Assembly: GCA_046483985.1 (NCBI GenBank)
Contig: JAWOCD010000040.1
Coordinates: 1-64,000, forward strand
DNA length: 64,000 bases
Direction of reading: 5' to 3'
Source: Promethearchaeia archaeon
Lineage (GTDB): Archaea > Asgardarchaeota > Lokiarchaeia > Sigyniarchaeales > SOKP01
How positions within the stretch are numbered: the stretch's first letter is position 1; each line of letters opens with the position of its first letter. The notes under the pieces are model-generated. The model was not told where the DNA came from. It did not search any database and saw only the letters and a program-made list of their open reading frames with translations. Shown here piece after piece: positions 39,645 to 50,374 of the stretch. Position numbers and translations under genes: made by a program.

Positions 39645-40889
39645 TTATTTATTTTTCTTGAGTTTTTCCTTCGAAATGTACCCCATCCGGCTCTGGAGGC
39701 CAAAAAGCGGAATAAATCCGTAACTAAGTCTCTGATCGAAGGAACTTTTGGTCTCATACGTTGCAAGGTTTAAATCATAGATGCCTTGCTCTGATTCTCG
39801 TGCCACCACATTGGCACTTCCCTTATACAGCTTAAGTTTTACGGTGCCATTCACCTTTAGATTCACTTCATCAATAAATGCTTCTAATGCATCCCGTAAG
39901 GGATCAACCCATAAGCCTTCATAAGCTAATTCAGTCCAGCGCTGATCAACTATCTGCTTAAAAGAGTTTTCATGTTTGGTACATACATATTTCTCCAAGT
40001 CTTTGTGTGCTTTAATTAAAATCAACGCCGCTGGTACCTCATAGGTTTCACGTGATTTAAGTCCAATTGCTCTATCTTCCATATGCTCTATTCTTCCAAC
40101 TCCATGCTTGCACCCTAATTTATGCAATTGTCCAATTATTTCAACGCTTTCTATTTCTTTTCCATTAAGAGCTACTGGAACTCCTTTTTGAAATCGAATT
40201 GAAACGTATTCTGGAGAATCGGGGGCATCTTCGGGGGAGGTTGTCCATACCTTTGAATCCTCGGGAGGTTCAATTTCGGGCTTTTCTAAAATATCGCATT
40301 CCGCACTTCTTCCGAAGAGGTTCTCATCTGTACTATATTTCTTATTTTGGTTGGAGATTTGAATGTCATGTTCCTTCGCATATTTCATCTCCTCATCTCT
40401 TCCCATATTCCATTCAATCATGGGTTGAAGCACCTCCATTTCAGGGGCATATGCCTTTGCAGTGACATTAATTCGTATTTGGTCGTTGCCTTTTCCAGTA
40501 CATCCATGAGCGAGACATTGAATACCTTCTTTTCTGGCAATCTTGACCGCTTCTATAGCAATTAATGGTCTGCCCACAGCAGTGCTTAATGGATAAACTC
40601 CTTGATATAACCCATTTGCTTTTATTGTCGGAAAGATATACTCTTTAACAAATTTCTTTTTCAAATCCACGGTAAAATGTTTGACCGCTCCTAATTTATA
40701 TGATTTTTCTTCTATTTCTTTAAATCGAGAAGCGTCTGCGAATTCTTGACCCAAATCAGCAGTGAACGTATAAACTTCTGCATCATAGGTTTCTTGTAAC
40801 CACTTGACCATACAGGAGGTGTCCAATCCGCCTGAAAACATTAGCAATACTTTATCAATATCTTCTTTTTTTGGTCCTAAGCCACTCAT
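39645..40889 (-). CDS. argG: Argininosuccinate synthase
   Basis: Motifs FSGGLDTS, HGCTGKGNDQ, KSRETYE. Confidence 0.97.
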   Translation of the reverse strand: MSGLGPKKEDIDKVLLMFSGGLDTSCMVKWLQETYDAEVYTFTADLGQEFADASRFKEIEEKSYKLGAVKHFTVDLKKKFVKEYIFPTIKANGLYQGVYPLSTAVGRPLIAIEAVKIARKEGIQCLAHGCTGKGNDQIRINVTAKAYAPEMEVLQPMIEWNMGRDEEMKYAKEHDIQISNQNKKYSTDENLFGRSAECDILEKPEIEPPEDSKVWTTSPEDAPDSPEYVSIRFQKGVPVALNGKEIESVEIIGQLHKLGCKHGVGRIEHMEDRAIGLKSRETYEVPAALILIKAHKDLEKYVCTKHENSFKQIVDQRWTELAYEGLWVDPLRDALEAFIDEVNLKVNGTVKLKLYKGSANVVARESEQGIYDLNLATYETKSSFDQRLSYGFIPLFGLQSRMGYISKEKLKKNK

Positions 40890-41296
40890 ATTTTAACAAC
40901 TCGATAATATAATTAATAATGATATTAAATATAATGTATTAATAATAAGAGAAGATTTGTTTTGAAATTTTTGAATTTATCAAAACAGCATTTATTGATT
41001 ATGATTATAAGATAACAATATTAGAATGTTAACCAAATAATTACCAATAATTGTAATTACCTTCTAATTTAGAGGCGGTAAAGTCAACTAGAGAATGGAG
41101 AGAGAAATTGGACAAGTATTTTGAGCCCTTTTATAAAAAGCTTCAATAATGTTATTTTAGAGAAAGAGAGAGTTTGAATATAGGCAACATTCAACTATAT
41201 TGCACTATTTAGGTTACATTGTCAAAAAATAGCATGCGGATATAAAAATAAATACCCGTGAAGCCATTTTCTGCCAAACTCCTTGGCATACACTCT

Positions 41297-41890
41297 TCAA
41301 ATGTGGGTATATTCTAGGTCTTGGAAAAATAAATCCAATTGCTTAGTACATTTATCGCAAAATTTAGGAGACTTTTTATCAGTGTCCTTTAATTTTTCAG
41401 AAAACAACATTACACATTCAGAACTATCACAATGACGGAGTCCGAAAGTATGACCTAACTCATGGAGGGCTTCTTTTAAAATTCTGAGCTCTTCTAAAGA
41501 TCTGTTTTCTTCTCTCCTATAAAAACTTTCTTTAAGCCGAGTCAGCGAGATGAGGGACACACCAGAGTATGGTAAAAATTGCTTTTCTGGAACGCGTGCC
41601 AGTCCGAAAATAAAGGTTTGAAATTTAGAATAGATATCTTTGTCTATTATTGCCAATGTTCGAAAATATCCTTTTTTCCGAATAAATAGAATGACATCTT
41701 TCAAAACACTTGGGGCATGGTATTGTTTCCTCAAACTATTGTAATTAGCTTCATTTAACAATAAAGATTCAGAAATTATCCTTACATTTAAGGAATATGT
41801 TCGGAAAAACCACTGGAGGTCCTTTCTGAGAGTAATTATATAGGAGGATTCTGCCTCCCCAACTTTGAGAAGATGTATTTTTCTATCCAT
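41297..41890 (-). CDS. amzA: Archaemetzincin (peptidase M54)
   Basis: HELGHTFGLRHC...CVM...FCDKC. Confidence 0.9.
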   Translation of the reverse strand: MDRKIHLLKVGEAESSYIITLRKDLQWFFRTYSLNVRIISESLLLNEANYNSLRKQYHAPSVLKDVILFIRKKGYFRTLAIIDKDIYSKFQTFIFGLARVPEKQFLPYSGVSLISLTRLKESFYRREENRSLEELRILKEALHELGHTFGLRHCDSSECVMLFSEKLKDTDKKSPKFCDKCTKQLDLFFQDLEYTHI

Positions 41891-41991
41891 TCCAAAATAA
41901 TAAGTAGTGATTTGGTTAAATTTTTAACTATAAGTTAAAAAGGGGTTTGTCAAAAGCGAAAGAAAATATTTGGGTTAGTGATTTAAAAAAA

Positions 41992-42960
41992 TCATGGATA
42001 TTGAAATGTTTTCAAAACATTTCTTAATTTTTTAGCCAGTTTGGGCAGATATTCGTAAGATTTCTTTTTAATTCGCTTGTTAAGGCAAAGGGTTACCAAA
42101 TATAATCGTTTACCGTTAATATCTAGTTTTCTTAGGAAAATAAGCCCTTCTCTGCTGGATTCTTCTTTTTCAATCGGAAATTTAAGATTAGTTACAATAT
42201 CAGTTGTATTAATGTCCCATTCTTCCAGTTTTTCAATTGCTCTTGTCAAGCGAGGGGCCACGGACTCACATGTTTTTTGATAATAGTCTTTTGTCGCACG
42301 ACTTGCCAAAATAAAACTATGAATATCCAATAACACGGCAGCACTGTTAAAAGTTGTGGCCATATATTCTTTAAGGAGGGTTTGGAGTGATTCAGATTTC
42401 GGTGAAAGGGAAATGACTCCATCTGAAAATGCTCTAATAATAGTCTCCTCATTATAAATCGATGTTTCATAATAATTGAGGTTAAATTTTTTTAATATTT
42501 CAATCTGCGCTAATTGGCTTTTCAGATTATCGACATTCTCCTCAAATTCATTCTCATCTCTCAAATCGGGGTCATATTTATGTAATAGAATAAAAAAATG
42601 TAAATTTCCATCATTTAAATCAAATACAATATTAGCTATTTTTCTTAGATAACTTAAGGCCTCGGGATATCGCTCGATGTCTTGGACATCAATTATAAAA
42701 TAGACAGTCTTAAGATTAGTAAAGTATTTTTCTTTACTTTTTAAATAAATTTGACGATAACTTCTTTGACCACCCAGATCCCAGGTAGACACATCTAATC
42801 CTAGCAAAGAGATTGATGTAGTAGAGATATCAGCTTTTTTAGTGGGAGATAATTTATTCAATAAACTGAATTTTCCATTTAAGAGTAATAATATTGAAGT
42901 TTTTCCTCCGTTATCAAGCCCGCAAAATAAGATTCTTTCTTTCCTTCCTATGTTTTCCAT
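41992..42960 (-). CDS. Arf/Rag-like small GTPase with C-terminal roadblock/longin-like domain
   Basis: GLDNGGKTS, WDLGGQ, HKYD, ETSI; about 130-aa C-terminal domain with AAVLLDIHSFILAS. Confidence 0.82.
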   Translation of the reverse strand: MENIGRKERILFCGLDNGGKTSILLLLNGKFSLLNKLSPTKKADISTTSISLLGLDVSTWDLGGQRSYRQIYLKSKEKYFTNLKTVYFIIDVQDIERYPEALSYLRKIANIVFDLNDGNLHFFILLHKYDPDLRDENEFEENVDNLKSQLAQIEILKKFNLNYYETSIYNEETIIRAFSDGVISLSPKSESLQTLLKEYMATTFNSAAVLLDIHSFILASRATKDYYQKTCESVAPRLTRAIEKLEEWDINTTDIVTNLKFPIEKEESSREGLIFLRKLDINGKRLYLVTLCLNKRIKKKSYEYLPKLAKKLRNVLKTFQYP

Positions 42961-43256
42961 TTGGATTGCACTCTTTTTAACCTCTTATTTAATTTACTCG
43001 TTTTCGGCAAGTATTCCGATTAATACACAACAAGCTCTAAAAATAGAAAAAAATTCTGTTGCCGCTTTTCTTACATTAATATTATTTCAGATCTGTTATT
43101 TAAAGTTTACAATTTTAAATATTAAATTAAATGATCAGACCAATTCTTATAGAATGAAAAGATTAAAATTTAAGAGATAATTCTATAATTTATCCCTTAA
43201 AGGATTTTTAAAGGGGAAAATAACTTCTTTCTTTGAAAAAATTATTGGAAAACCTT

Positions 43257-43333
43257 GGGAGGGTAGTCTAGTATGGTATGATTCCTGGTTTGGGTCCAGG
43301 AGGCCAGGGGTTCGAATCCCCTCTCTCCCACCA
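43257..43333 (+). tRNA. tRNA-Pro(TGG), intronless, encoded CCA
   Basis: Acceptor stem GGGAGGG/CTCTCCC; anticodon arm CCTGG-TTTGGGT-CCAGG; T arm AGGGG-TTCGAAT-CCCCT; ends ACCA. Confidence 0.95.
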
Positions 43334-43368
43334 TTAATTTCTTTGCCTAAAAAATGATATCTCTCAAG

Positions 43369-44238
43369 TTAATCTTCTTTTAAGAAACCCTCAAGAAATT
43401 TCCGAACCGCTCTATTATCTTTTCCCTTAAATTGAGGTTCTCGTTTTTCTTTTAACGCTCTTGTGGATTCCCGAAAATCGGCTGTTTTAAACGCAGCTTG
43501 ATTCCCTTCGTTTTCTAAATCTAATGTAGTAGATAAAAATTTTCGAAAAGGATTATGAATTATTCTTTTCATCATTCGAATAGAAAGCGTGGGAGAGTGG
43601 GGAGGTATCAATTGTTTTGCTCTATTCCGACAGTGTTCGAGTAATTCATCCCCCGGCAAAACATCATTTACCAACCCCAGATCCAGTGCTTCATCAGCAG
43701 TAATTTTATCACCAAAATAAAGGATTTCTTTCGCTTTTTGAAAGCCTACATAAAATGGTAATAAAAATGAGATACTAAACTCAGGTATTACTGCCCGTTT
43801 GACAAAATAAAACCCTAACCATGCATTTTTTGCCATATATATCAAATCTGCTCCAATCAAGGGTAAAGTAATTCCTGCACCAATGGCTAAGCCGTTTATT
43901 GCGGCAATTACGGGCTTAGAAAAATCCCACAATTTCATGGAAAGTTTTTTTTGGGCAATATCTGTCAAATCAAGTTCTTTTCTTATTTCGGGAGAGATGG
44001 AGGATAACGCCTTTATATCAAAAAAACCGCCTGATGAAAAAGCATTTCCTTCTTTCGAGCCTTTTATGATTAATACCTGTGCATCCTCATCTTCTTCCAT
44101 ATCTTCAAGAGCGGTTTCAATTTCTAAAAAAGTAACATGGGTAAATGCATTCCTTCTCTCGGGTCGATTAATGGTAATGGTACAAATTCCATCTTCTCCT
44201 TTTTCATACGTAATATCATTAAGTTCTTCAATATTCAT
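43369..44238 (-). CDS. Enoyl-CoA hydratase/isomerase (crotonase) family
   Basis: Motifs ITINRPERRNA, AFSSG, KPVIAAINGLAIGAG, EKREPQF. Confidence 0.92.
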   Translation of the reverse strand: MNIEELNDITYEKGEDGICTITINRPERRNAFTHVTFLEIETALEDMEEDEDAQVLIIKGSKEGNAFSSGGFFDIKALSSISPEIRKELDLTDIAQKKLSMKLWDFSKPVIAAINGLAIGAGITLPLIGADLIYMAKNAWLGFYFVKRAVIPEFSISFLLPFYVGFQKAKEILYFGDKITADEALDLGLVNDVLPGDELLEHCRNRAKQLIPPHSPTLSIRMMKRIIHNPFRKFLSTTLDLENEGNQAAFKTADFRESTRALKEKREPQFKGKDNRAVRKFLEGFLKED

Positions 44239-44312
44239 TTGATTTTAATTAATAAAGCTTACTTTAAATAATATTATCATAAATAGAAGAAAAAAGAAAA
44301 CCAAGATAGAAC

Positions 44313-44897
44313 TTATTTTTTAATTAGACTTATCAGTGCTGCGATCAGTTCCCAAATTATTAGTATGCCTAACATAAATCTTTTTACAAGTGCAAAGGGG
44401 GAATGAGCAATAGCATACAAACTCGGAAATTTGGTCGGATTAAAACTCATCAATAAGATAAAGATGTTTTCTAGTGCATTACATCTCGCTGCAACTATTG
44501 CCAAAACTGCCATAATCATACATGAATTACGCCAGATGGTCCCTTTTTCAAGTCTTCGGCTGATTAGGAACACAAGGCTAAAAAAAGTAATCCATAACTC
44601 ATCATAAACCCGTAATCAAGAGTCTCAGCAATATGATAAACGTTCAAATCAGCCATAAAGGTATAATACTGTCTCATATACGCAGCACTGAATGATAATT
44701 GACTTTCCATAAGATTAGCGGGGTTGCCCGAAAGCATAAAAAAAATAACTCATTCTCAAGTAAATAATAACTAAAAGTATAATGCTTAGAATCAGGAATC
44801 TTTTGATATTCTGCGCCGAGATCCACGTATCTCTTTTCTCTAAAAACCTAGTCTTCCATTTAGAAAAGATTTTATGGCTATTTATATTATCGATCAC
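44313..44897 (-). pseudogene. Interrupted membrane protein gene
   Basis: Two hydrophobic ORF pieces (44715-44897 and 44313-44573) separated by stops/frameshifts; the start overlaps the polyferredoxin stop. Confidence 0.5.
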
Positions 44898-45964
44898 GGA
44901 GGCTGATTAAGAACCTTGTTTAATTCTTTTGAAATTTTATCTGTTTTTTTGTCTTTCATCCAATAACGAATCTTTTTCGAGTGTAAAAATTCTTGAATCT
45001 TCTCATTTAGTTCATGTAATTTCTGCTTTTCCTCTTCAGAAAGTTGTGGAACTTCCTCTTCTACTTCTTCGGTAACCTCTTGGATTTCCTCTTCTATTTG
45101 CGGGATTTTAATTGGCTCTTTGCCTTGAATAATACCTTTTCTCAAGATATTTTTTATATTTCTAGCCCATCCTTCAATCCATGCATATGCTCCCTCTTTT
45201 TTGGGATCATTTATTTCTATGTTCTCGCGATCCACAATTATTAGTTCATCAGGACAAGAATTTTCACAAGCGCCGCAATAAAAACAAGACTCTTCGTCGC
45301 ACGCAATTTTGCCGTATTTTTGGATATCTTCGGCACTTTCAGGTATGAAGAAGGACTCCACGGGACAGATATTTACACATGCTTTGCAGCCTTGTGGGTC
45401 ACACTTCCATAGCATTCGTTTTTTAATCCTAACTTTGCCTTCAATTGGAGAATCAATATGAAAACACTTTTCTGGACACTGCTCTTCAATTTTATGGTAT
45501 TCCTTAACGTGATGGCGTTCCCGAACTTCTTTACATAATTGACAAATCTCATTATCAAGATCAAACTCACATTTATCCGTATCAATTTTAAAGAACTTAC
45601 CAATGGATGGATACTCGTTCAAATCGAATTTCCCTTCTGGTTTTACATGCTCGTGAAACGCATCATTGGGGCACACCACAGCACATAACATACAGTAGCA
45701 ACACTTTTCATGGTCGATCATCATTTTGGGGTTGCTTTCATCTAAAATCTCCTGCGCAATCTCGGGGATGGGACCTAATTCAATTGCGTCAACTGGGCAT
45801 ACAAGCTTGCATAAAGAGCAGCCAATGCATTTAGTTATATCATAGGTAAGTTTCTTATCGACATCCTTGTACCTCCAGTTCATAATTAGCTGTTCTGGTT
45901 GAATTTGCAGTTCCTTCTCGATTTCCTCTTCTTGTTCTTCTTGTTTTTTAGAAGTTTCTGTAAT
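44894..45964 (-). CDS. Polyferredoxin (multiple [4Fe-4S], FwdF-like N-terminus)
   Basis: CIGCSLCKLVCP, CCYCMLCAVVCP, CKACVNICP, CFYCGACENSCP. First ATG at 45883; the frame extends 27 codons up to ATT at 45964. Confidence 0.85.
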   Translation of the reverse strand: MTETSKKQEEQEEEIEKELQIQPEQLIMNWRYKDVDKKLTYDITKCIGCSLCKLVCPVDAIELGPIPEIAQEILDESNPKMMIDHEKCCYCMLCAVVCPNDAFHEHVKPEGKFDLNEYPSIGKFFKIDTDKCEFDLDNEICQLCKEVRERHHVKEYHKIEEQCPEKCFHIDSPIEGKVRIKKRMLWKCDPQGCKACVNICPVESFFIPESAEDIQKYGKIACDEESCFYCGACENSCPDELIIVDRENIEINDPKKEGAYAWIEGWARNIKNILRKGIIQGKEPIKIPQIEEEIQEVTEEVEEEVPQLSEEEKQKLHELNEKIQEFLHSKKIRYWMKDKKTDKISKELNKVLNQPP

Positions 45965-46164
45965 GTTTACTCAACCTTCTTTTTAAATGTCTATTTTTTG
46001 TTAATTTTTTACAATAATTAAATTCTATTATTATTATCTATATTGAAATAAATAATAGAATGGAGGATTGCTGGTCTTAAGAAGAAATCTTGATAAAAAG
46101 AATCAGGATCTCCCAAGATTTTAAATCTAACTTGGCGAATGAGAGGAAAGAAAAGAGGAATTAA

Positions 46165-46983
46165 TTAGAGATCAATAAACCAGAAGTCTTCGTCTTCACG
46201 CAAGATATCCAAGATGCCCGATAAATCGGAAAGCAAAATTTCTGTTGAGACGCGTTTTTGCTCCCTCTTTACAATATCCATGTTGTTGAATAATTCATCT
46301 AAGAGATGATCAATCTTGAACCGATGATATCGCTCGGTGTTTGAGAAAATCGAAATAAATATTTCTTGTCCTAAATTTAAACTCTCTGTAATAAACTTCT
46401 TTTTTGACTGTCGTTGTTCGATATTTTTCATTAATTGTTGCTTATATCGCTCGTTCAGAAGGGTTTTTAGTTCCTTTATGAAACATTCTTTTTGGAGCAG
46501 TAATTCTTTCCTTTTTTTTTCTAAATTCTGGACGGTATCTTCGATTTTTTTAATCTGTTCCCCTAAAAATTTCATTTTCTGGTTTGGAGTTTTAGATTTT
46601 TCATATTCCTCTTTACATGTAATATCTTTAAGTTTTGTAAATTTTTCGATATCCTCTTCTCCTGCAGCTTTATAATCAATGCTAAAATAATCTGGGGTGA
46701 TATCAATAGTGACGGATATGTTACTTTTTATTTTATATCTGCCGCCTCGTTTCTTTTTTGGTTTTACTTTTTCAATGAGATCACTTTCTTTTAATATCTC
46801 TAATTGACTGTGTACTGCTTGTCGACTTATATCTAATTCGTGCGCTAATTCTGAGGTTGAATGGGGAACTTTTGCAATCTTGGATAAAATGATTCTTCTG
46901 GTCGGATTTCCCAGTAACTCTAAAAGGTTATCTAAATCGATAATCCCTCTAACTCCTTCCTCTTTTCCCGAATCTGTTTGCAT
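46165..46983 (-). CDS. ArsR-type wHTH plus coiled-coil regulator (heat-shock repressor, Phr/HSR1-like)
   Basis: LGNPTRRIIL, ISRQAVHSQL; located directly downstream of cdc48 and hsp20. Confidence 0.8.
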   Translation of the reverse strand: MQTDSGKEEGVRGIIDLDNLLELLGNPTRRIILSKIAKVPHSTSELAHELDISRQAVHSQLEILKESDLIEKVKPKKKRGGRYKIKSNISVTIDITPDYFSIDYKAAGEEDIEKFTKLKDITCKEEYEKSKTPNQKMKFLGEQIKKIEDTVQNLEKKRKELLLQKECFIKELKTLLNERYKQQLMKNIEQRQSKKKFITESLNLGQEIFISIFSNTERYHRFKIDHLLDELFNNMDIVKREQKRVSTEILLSDLSGILDILREDEDFWFIDL

Positions 46984-47040
46984 TTTCCATCCCTCATTGA
47001 TATTTATTTTTTGAATAGATTATAAAAAAATAAATTAGAA

Positions 47041-49260
47041 TTACATATATGTTCCTTCTGGAGGTTTTCTCGAACGTTTATGGGCTTTAGTAGCCATATC
47101 GGCTGATTTTAGAACCTTTGTAATCGCCTCATCAAAATCCTTTTTCGAAACATTAACCGCTTTCACCGATTCTGGATCGTCTGTATCTATTTCCGGATTA
47201 TCAACAGCTCTCCGGATAGCAAGTAAAGTTGCCTCTTCACAGATAGCTTCGACGTCTGCCCCTGTATATCCTTCTAATTGACTGGCCAAACTCTTGATAT
47301 CTATATCATCACCTAAAGGTCTATCTTTAAGGTGAATGCGAAAAATTTCTTGTAATTCTTCCTCATTAGGCTTCTCGATTTCAATATGTCGTCCGAATCT
47401 TCCAGCTCGTAAAAGAGCGGGATCTAACATGTCTTGCCGATTAGTTGCTGCCAATAGAATTACTTCTTTCAATCCTTCTAGTCCGTCCATTTCGGTCAGT
47501 AATTGTGATACCACTTGTTCGGTGACTTGTGAGCCCGCGCTTCTCCCTCGCAGTCCAGCAATCGCATCAATCTCATCAAAAAATACTATACATGGTGCTG
47601 CAGAGCGTGCTTTTCTAAATGTCTCGCGTACCGCTTTTTCGCTCTCTCCAACCCATTTCGAAAGAAATTCAGGTCCTTTCACGGAAATGAAATTGACTTC
47701 GGTTTCATGGGCCAAAGCCTTAGCAATCAAGGTTTTTCCAGTACCCGGCGGGCCAAATAGTAAAATTCCGCTGGGTGGTTTGGATTTCATGTGAGAATAA
47801 AGTACCGGATATTTAAGCGGCCATTCTATGATTTCTTGTAATTGTAATTTTGCATCCTCTAATCCACCTACATCGTCCCAAGTCTCCGTGGGTTGAGTTA
47901 CTAAAACCTCTCGTAACGCCGAAGGCTCAATGCTGGCTCTTGCTTCTCTGAAATGGCTCATTTTTATCTGTAAGTTATTCAAAACTTCTGGAGGAATTGA
48001 TTTATTTAAATTTAGCTTCGGAATAATTTCCCGAATTGCTAACATTGCCGCTTCTTTTGCCAATGATTCCACATCTGCTCCAACAAATCCATGTGTTTTT
48101 TCTGCAATTTCCATTAAATCCACATCTTCATGAAGTGGCATTCCGCGGGTATGGACTAGTAAAATTTCGTACCGTCCGTCCGTATCTGGGACTCCAATCT
48201 CTATCTCTCTATCAAAACGACCAGGACGACGCAATGCAGGGTCAACATCGTTTACTCTGTTAGTTGCTCCAATAACAATAACCTCTCCTCTTGCTTCCAA
48301 TCCATCCATAAGAGAAAGTAATTGAGCAACCACTCGACGCTCGACTTCTCCAGTTACTTCACCACGCTTTGGAGCAATAGAGTCGATTTCGTCAATAAAA
48401 ATTATGGCCGGGGAATTCTTCTGGGCATCATCAAAAACTTTTCGCAAATTCTGTTCGCTTTGGCCATAAAACTTGCTCATAATCTCAGGACCACTAATCG
48501 ATTGGAAATGAGCGTCCGTTTCATATGCGACTGCACGTGCTAATAAGGTCTTTCCGGTTCCCGGAGCTCCATGAAGTAATACGCCCTTAGGAGGCTCAAT
48601 TCCAATCCTCTTAAATAATTCGGGATGTCGTATCGGTAATTCGATCATTTCTCGAATCTTTTGGATTTCTTCCTCTAATCCTCCAATATCTTCGTAAGTA
48701 ACTCGTGAGCGTTGGATTTCCTGAATTTCCTTGTGAGTTTTTTCGCTTAATACGATTTTCGTATCTAAATCCATTCTCACAGCGGGCGATTTTGGTCGAT
48801 AATCGACCACAACAAGGTCCACTCGGTGCCCGTAGGAGTAAAAGGACAAAATATCTTCTTTTGTGATCACACGGTTTTCAAGGATCTCTGCAAGCTGTTG
48901 GGAATTGCGTAAAATAATGGATTCCTCTAAACCCGCAAAGGTTACCTCATCTGCAACTTCTGCTTGAATTTTTTTTATCTTCACGAGGTCATCAACTGAT
49001 GCTCCTATGTTCCTCCTTTGTGATTGATCTAATCGAATCACATTTTTTCCAGCATCTTGTGGTTTACCAGGATAAATATGAGCAGCTGTCTTCTTATTTA
49101 ATGGAGGATATAAAATTTCAATGACATCGCCTGTCTTTAAATCGAGTTCCGTCATCACATCTGGATCCATACGGATAAAACCTTTTCCCGCATCGTCTTT
49201 AAAAGCATCTTTAATTCGTACCTTTTTTCCCCCTCTATCTTCGCTTGTTAATCCACTCAT
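47041..49260 (-). CDS. cdc48: Cdc48/VAT AAA+ ATPase
   Basis: N-domain; D1 [13 protein letters not shown]2 [12 protein letters not shown]; penultimate Tyr (GTYM). Confidence 0.97.
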   Translation of the reverse strand: MSGLTSEDRGGKKVRIKDAFKDDAGKGFIRMDPDVMTELDLKTGDVIEILYPPLNKKTAAHIYPGKPQDAGKNVIRLDQSQRRNIGASVDDLVKIKKIQAEVADEVTFAGLEESIILRNSQQLAEILENRVITKEDILSFYSYGHRVDLVVVDYRPKSPAVRMDLDTKIVLSEKTHKEIQEIQRSRVTYEDIGGLEEEIQKIREMIELPIRHPELFKRIGIEPPKGVLLHGAPGTGKTLLARAVAYETDAHFQSISGPEIMSKFYGQSEQNLRKVFDDAQKNSPAIIFIDEIDSIAPKRGEVTGEVERRVVAQLLSLMDGLEARGEVIVIGATNRVNDVDPALRRPGRFDREIEIGVPDTDGRYEILLVHTRGMPLHEDVDLMEIAEKTHGFVGADVESLAKEAAMLAIREIIPKLNLNKSIPPEVLNNLQIKMSHFREARASIEPSALREVLVTQPTETWDDVGGLEDAKLQLQEIIEWPLKYPVLYSHMKSKPPSGILLFGPPGTGKTLIAKALAHETEVNFISVKGPEFLSKWVGESEKAVRETFRKARSAAPCIVFFDEIDAIAGLRGRSAGSQVTEQVVSQLLTEMDGLEGLKEVILLAATNRQDMLDPALLRAGRFGRHIEIEKPNEEELQEIFRIHLKDRPLGDDIDIKSLASQLEGYTGADVEAICEEATLLAIRRAVDNPEIDTDDPESVKAVNVSKKDFDEAITKVLKSADMATKAHKRSRKPPEGTYM

Positions 49261-49364
49261 TTTTATTTCTCACGTTTTTCTTATTTTAGTTTCATTCATT
49301 CGTTTTTTAATTAGAAAATATTAATACACAATTATAAACTCGTCAATAATAATTATAAAAAAAA

Positions 49365-50063
49365 TTATTTACGTGCAACTTCTATGACTGCCAGACCATT
49401 GTTATATGCTACTGAGGTCCTCTCTGCAGAAGACTCAAACGGTAAACGGATGCTTTTCACATATTTTTTTGATTCTCCCTCAGCTGAAAAACTTAACGTT
49501 CTACTGGTGGGAAATTTGAGTATAATATTATCCTCTTCCACTCCAGGCACTTGGATAATAATCTCCACTTTGTCGTCCTTTTTGCACATTTCCACATCGG
49601 GATCCATTAATTCACATTCTTTCTCTTCTAACCCAGCCTTTTTCTTTGTTCCTTGGGGTGGTTGTAAGGACAACTTTTCGGCGTCTATAATCTTCTTCTT
49701 CTCTTTTCTGGCGTTGCTCATGACTTTCCGGAGTCTCTTCATTTTTGGCGAGCCCGAAAAGAACCGCTTAAATAACTCGTTCAATTTTTCACGGTCCATG
49801 TCTCCTTCAATCTTTATTTCCGGTTTGTCCATGCCTGGTTCATAATGATATGAAATCTTGGTTCCCTTAAATTTGTTATCGGGGTCTAAACCGAGTTTCT
49901 TTTTTAATTCCTCGTCCATGTTCTTGATCTTTCTCGGATTCAACCCTTTTTCTTCGTCTGAAAGGACAAAGAAGTCCACATCAAATCCGTCAATGTTTTT
50001 ATCTAAGAATTTCTTTAGCTTCTCTATGAAGTCATCACGATCAAACTCATCATCTTTTGACAT
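49365..50063 (-). CDS. hsp20: Small heat-shock protein (Hsp20, archaeal type)
   Basis: Alpha-crystallin motifs VPGVEEDNI, IRLP, YNNGL; first gene before cdc48. Confidence 0.8.
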   Translation of the reverse strand: MSKDDEFDRDDFIEKLKKFLDKNIDGFDVDFFVLSDEEKGLNPRKIKNMDEELKKKLGLDPDNKFKGTKISYHYEPGMDKPEIKIEGDMDREKLNELFKRFFSGSPKMKRLRKVMSNARKEKKKIIDAEKLSLQPPQGTKKKAGLEEKECELMDPDVEMCKKDDKVEIIIQVPGVEEDNIILKFPTSRTLSFSAEGESKKYVKSIRLPFESSAERTSVAYNNGLAVIEVARK

Positions 50064-50133
50064 TTTATATTACACCTTTTTTAGTTTTTTTTTCTCGGTT
50101 TATTTAAAAAAAAACTTTTTTGTTAATTAGTGA

Positions 50134-50182
50134 TTTACAAATCTATTTTTACAATTAAAAAAAGATGTTTTCCCTATATAAA
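50134..50182 (-). promoter_or_regulatory. Putative hsp20 promoter: TATA box plus repeated TTGTAAA motif
   Basis: TTTATATA at 50175-50182 on the minus strand; TTGTAAA at 50148-50154 and 50134-50140 near the expected start site. Confidence 0.35.
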
Positions 50183-50374
50183 TGTTCTGTTTTGAGTTTA
50201 TAACTCAATCTCACCCTATACTTATGTCCCCGAATCCAAAAAAATACGAGTTAAGAAACCCAATCATTCATTGAAACTTCAGCAGACATTCTCAGAATGT
50301 TCCAGACTTTTTTTGGATAAACAAAAAGTGATATTGTAGAAAAAAAATAGATAGGATTTACGTTTTATGACTTT

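Noticed and set aside
40890-41296. Possible riboswitch or leader upstream of argG
   Set aside because: AT-rich, with no recognisable aptamer or convincing stems.
43257-43333. tRNA-Pro as an integration site
   Set aside because: No integrase and no duplicated tRNA 3' end noticed; flanking genes are metabolic.
47336-49845. Antisense ORFs over cdc48/hsp20, and similar ones over dapB, cdhD, metF and ALDH
   Set aside because: Shadow frames of well-supported genes; no motifs.
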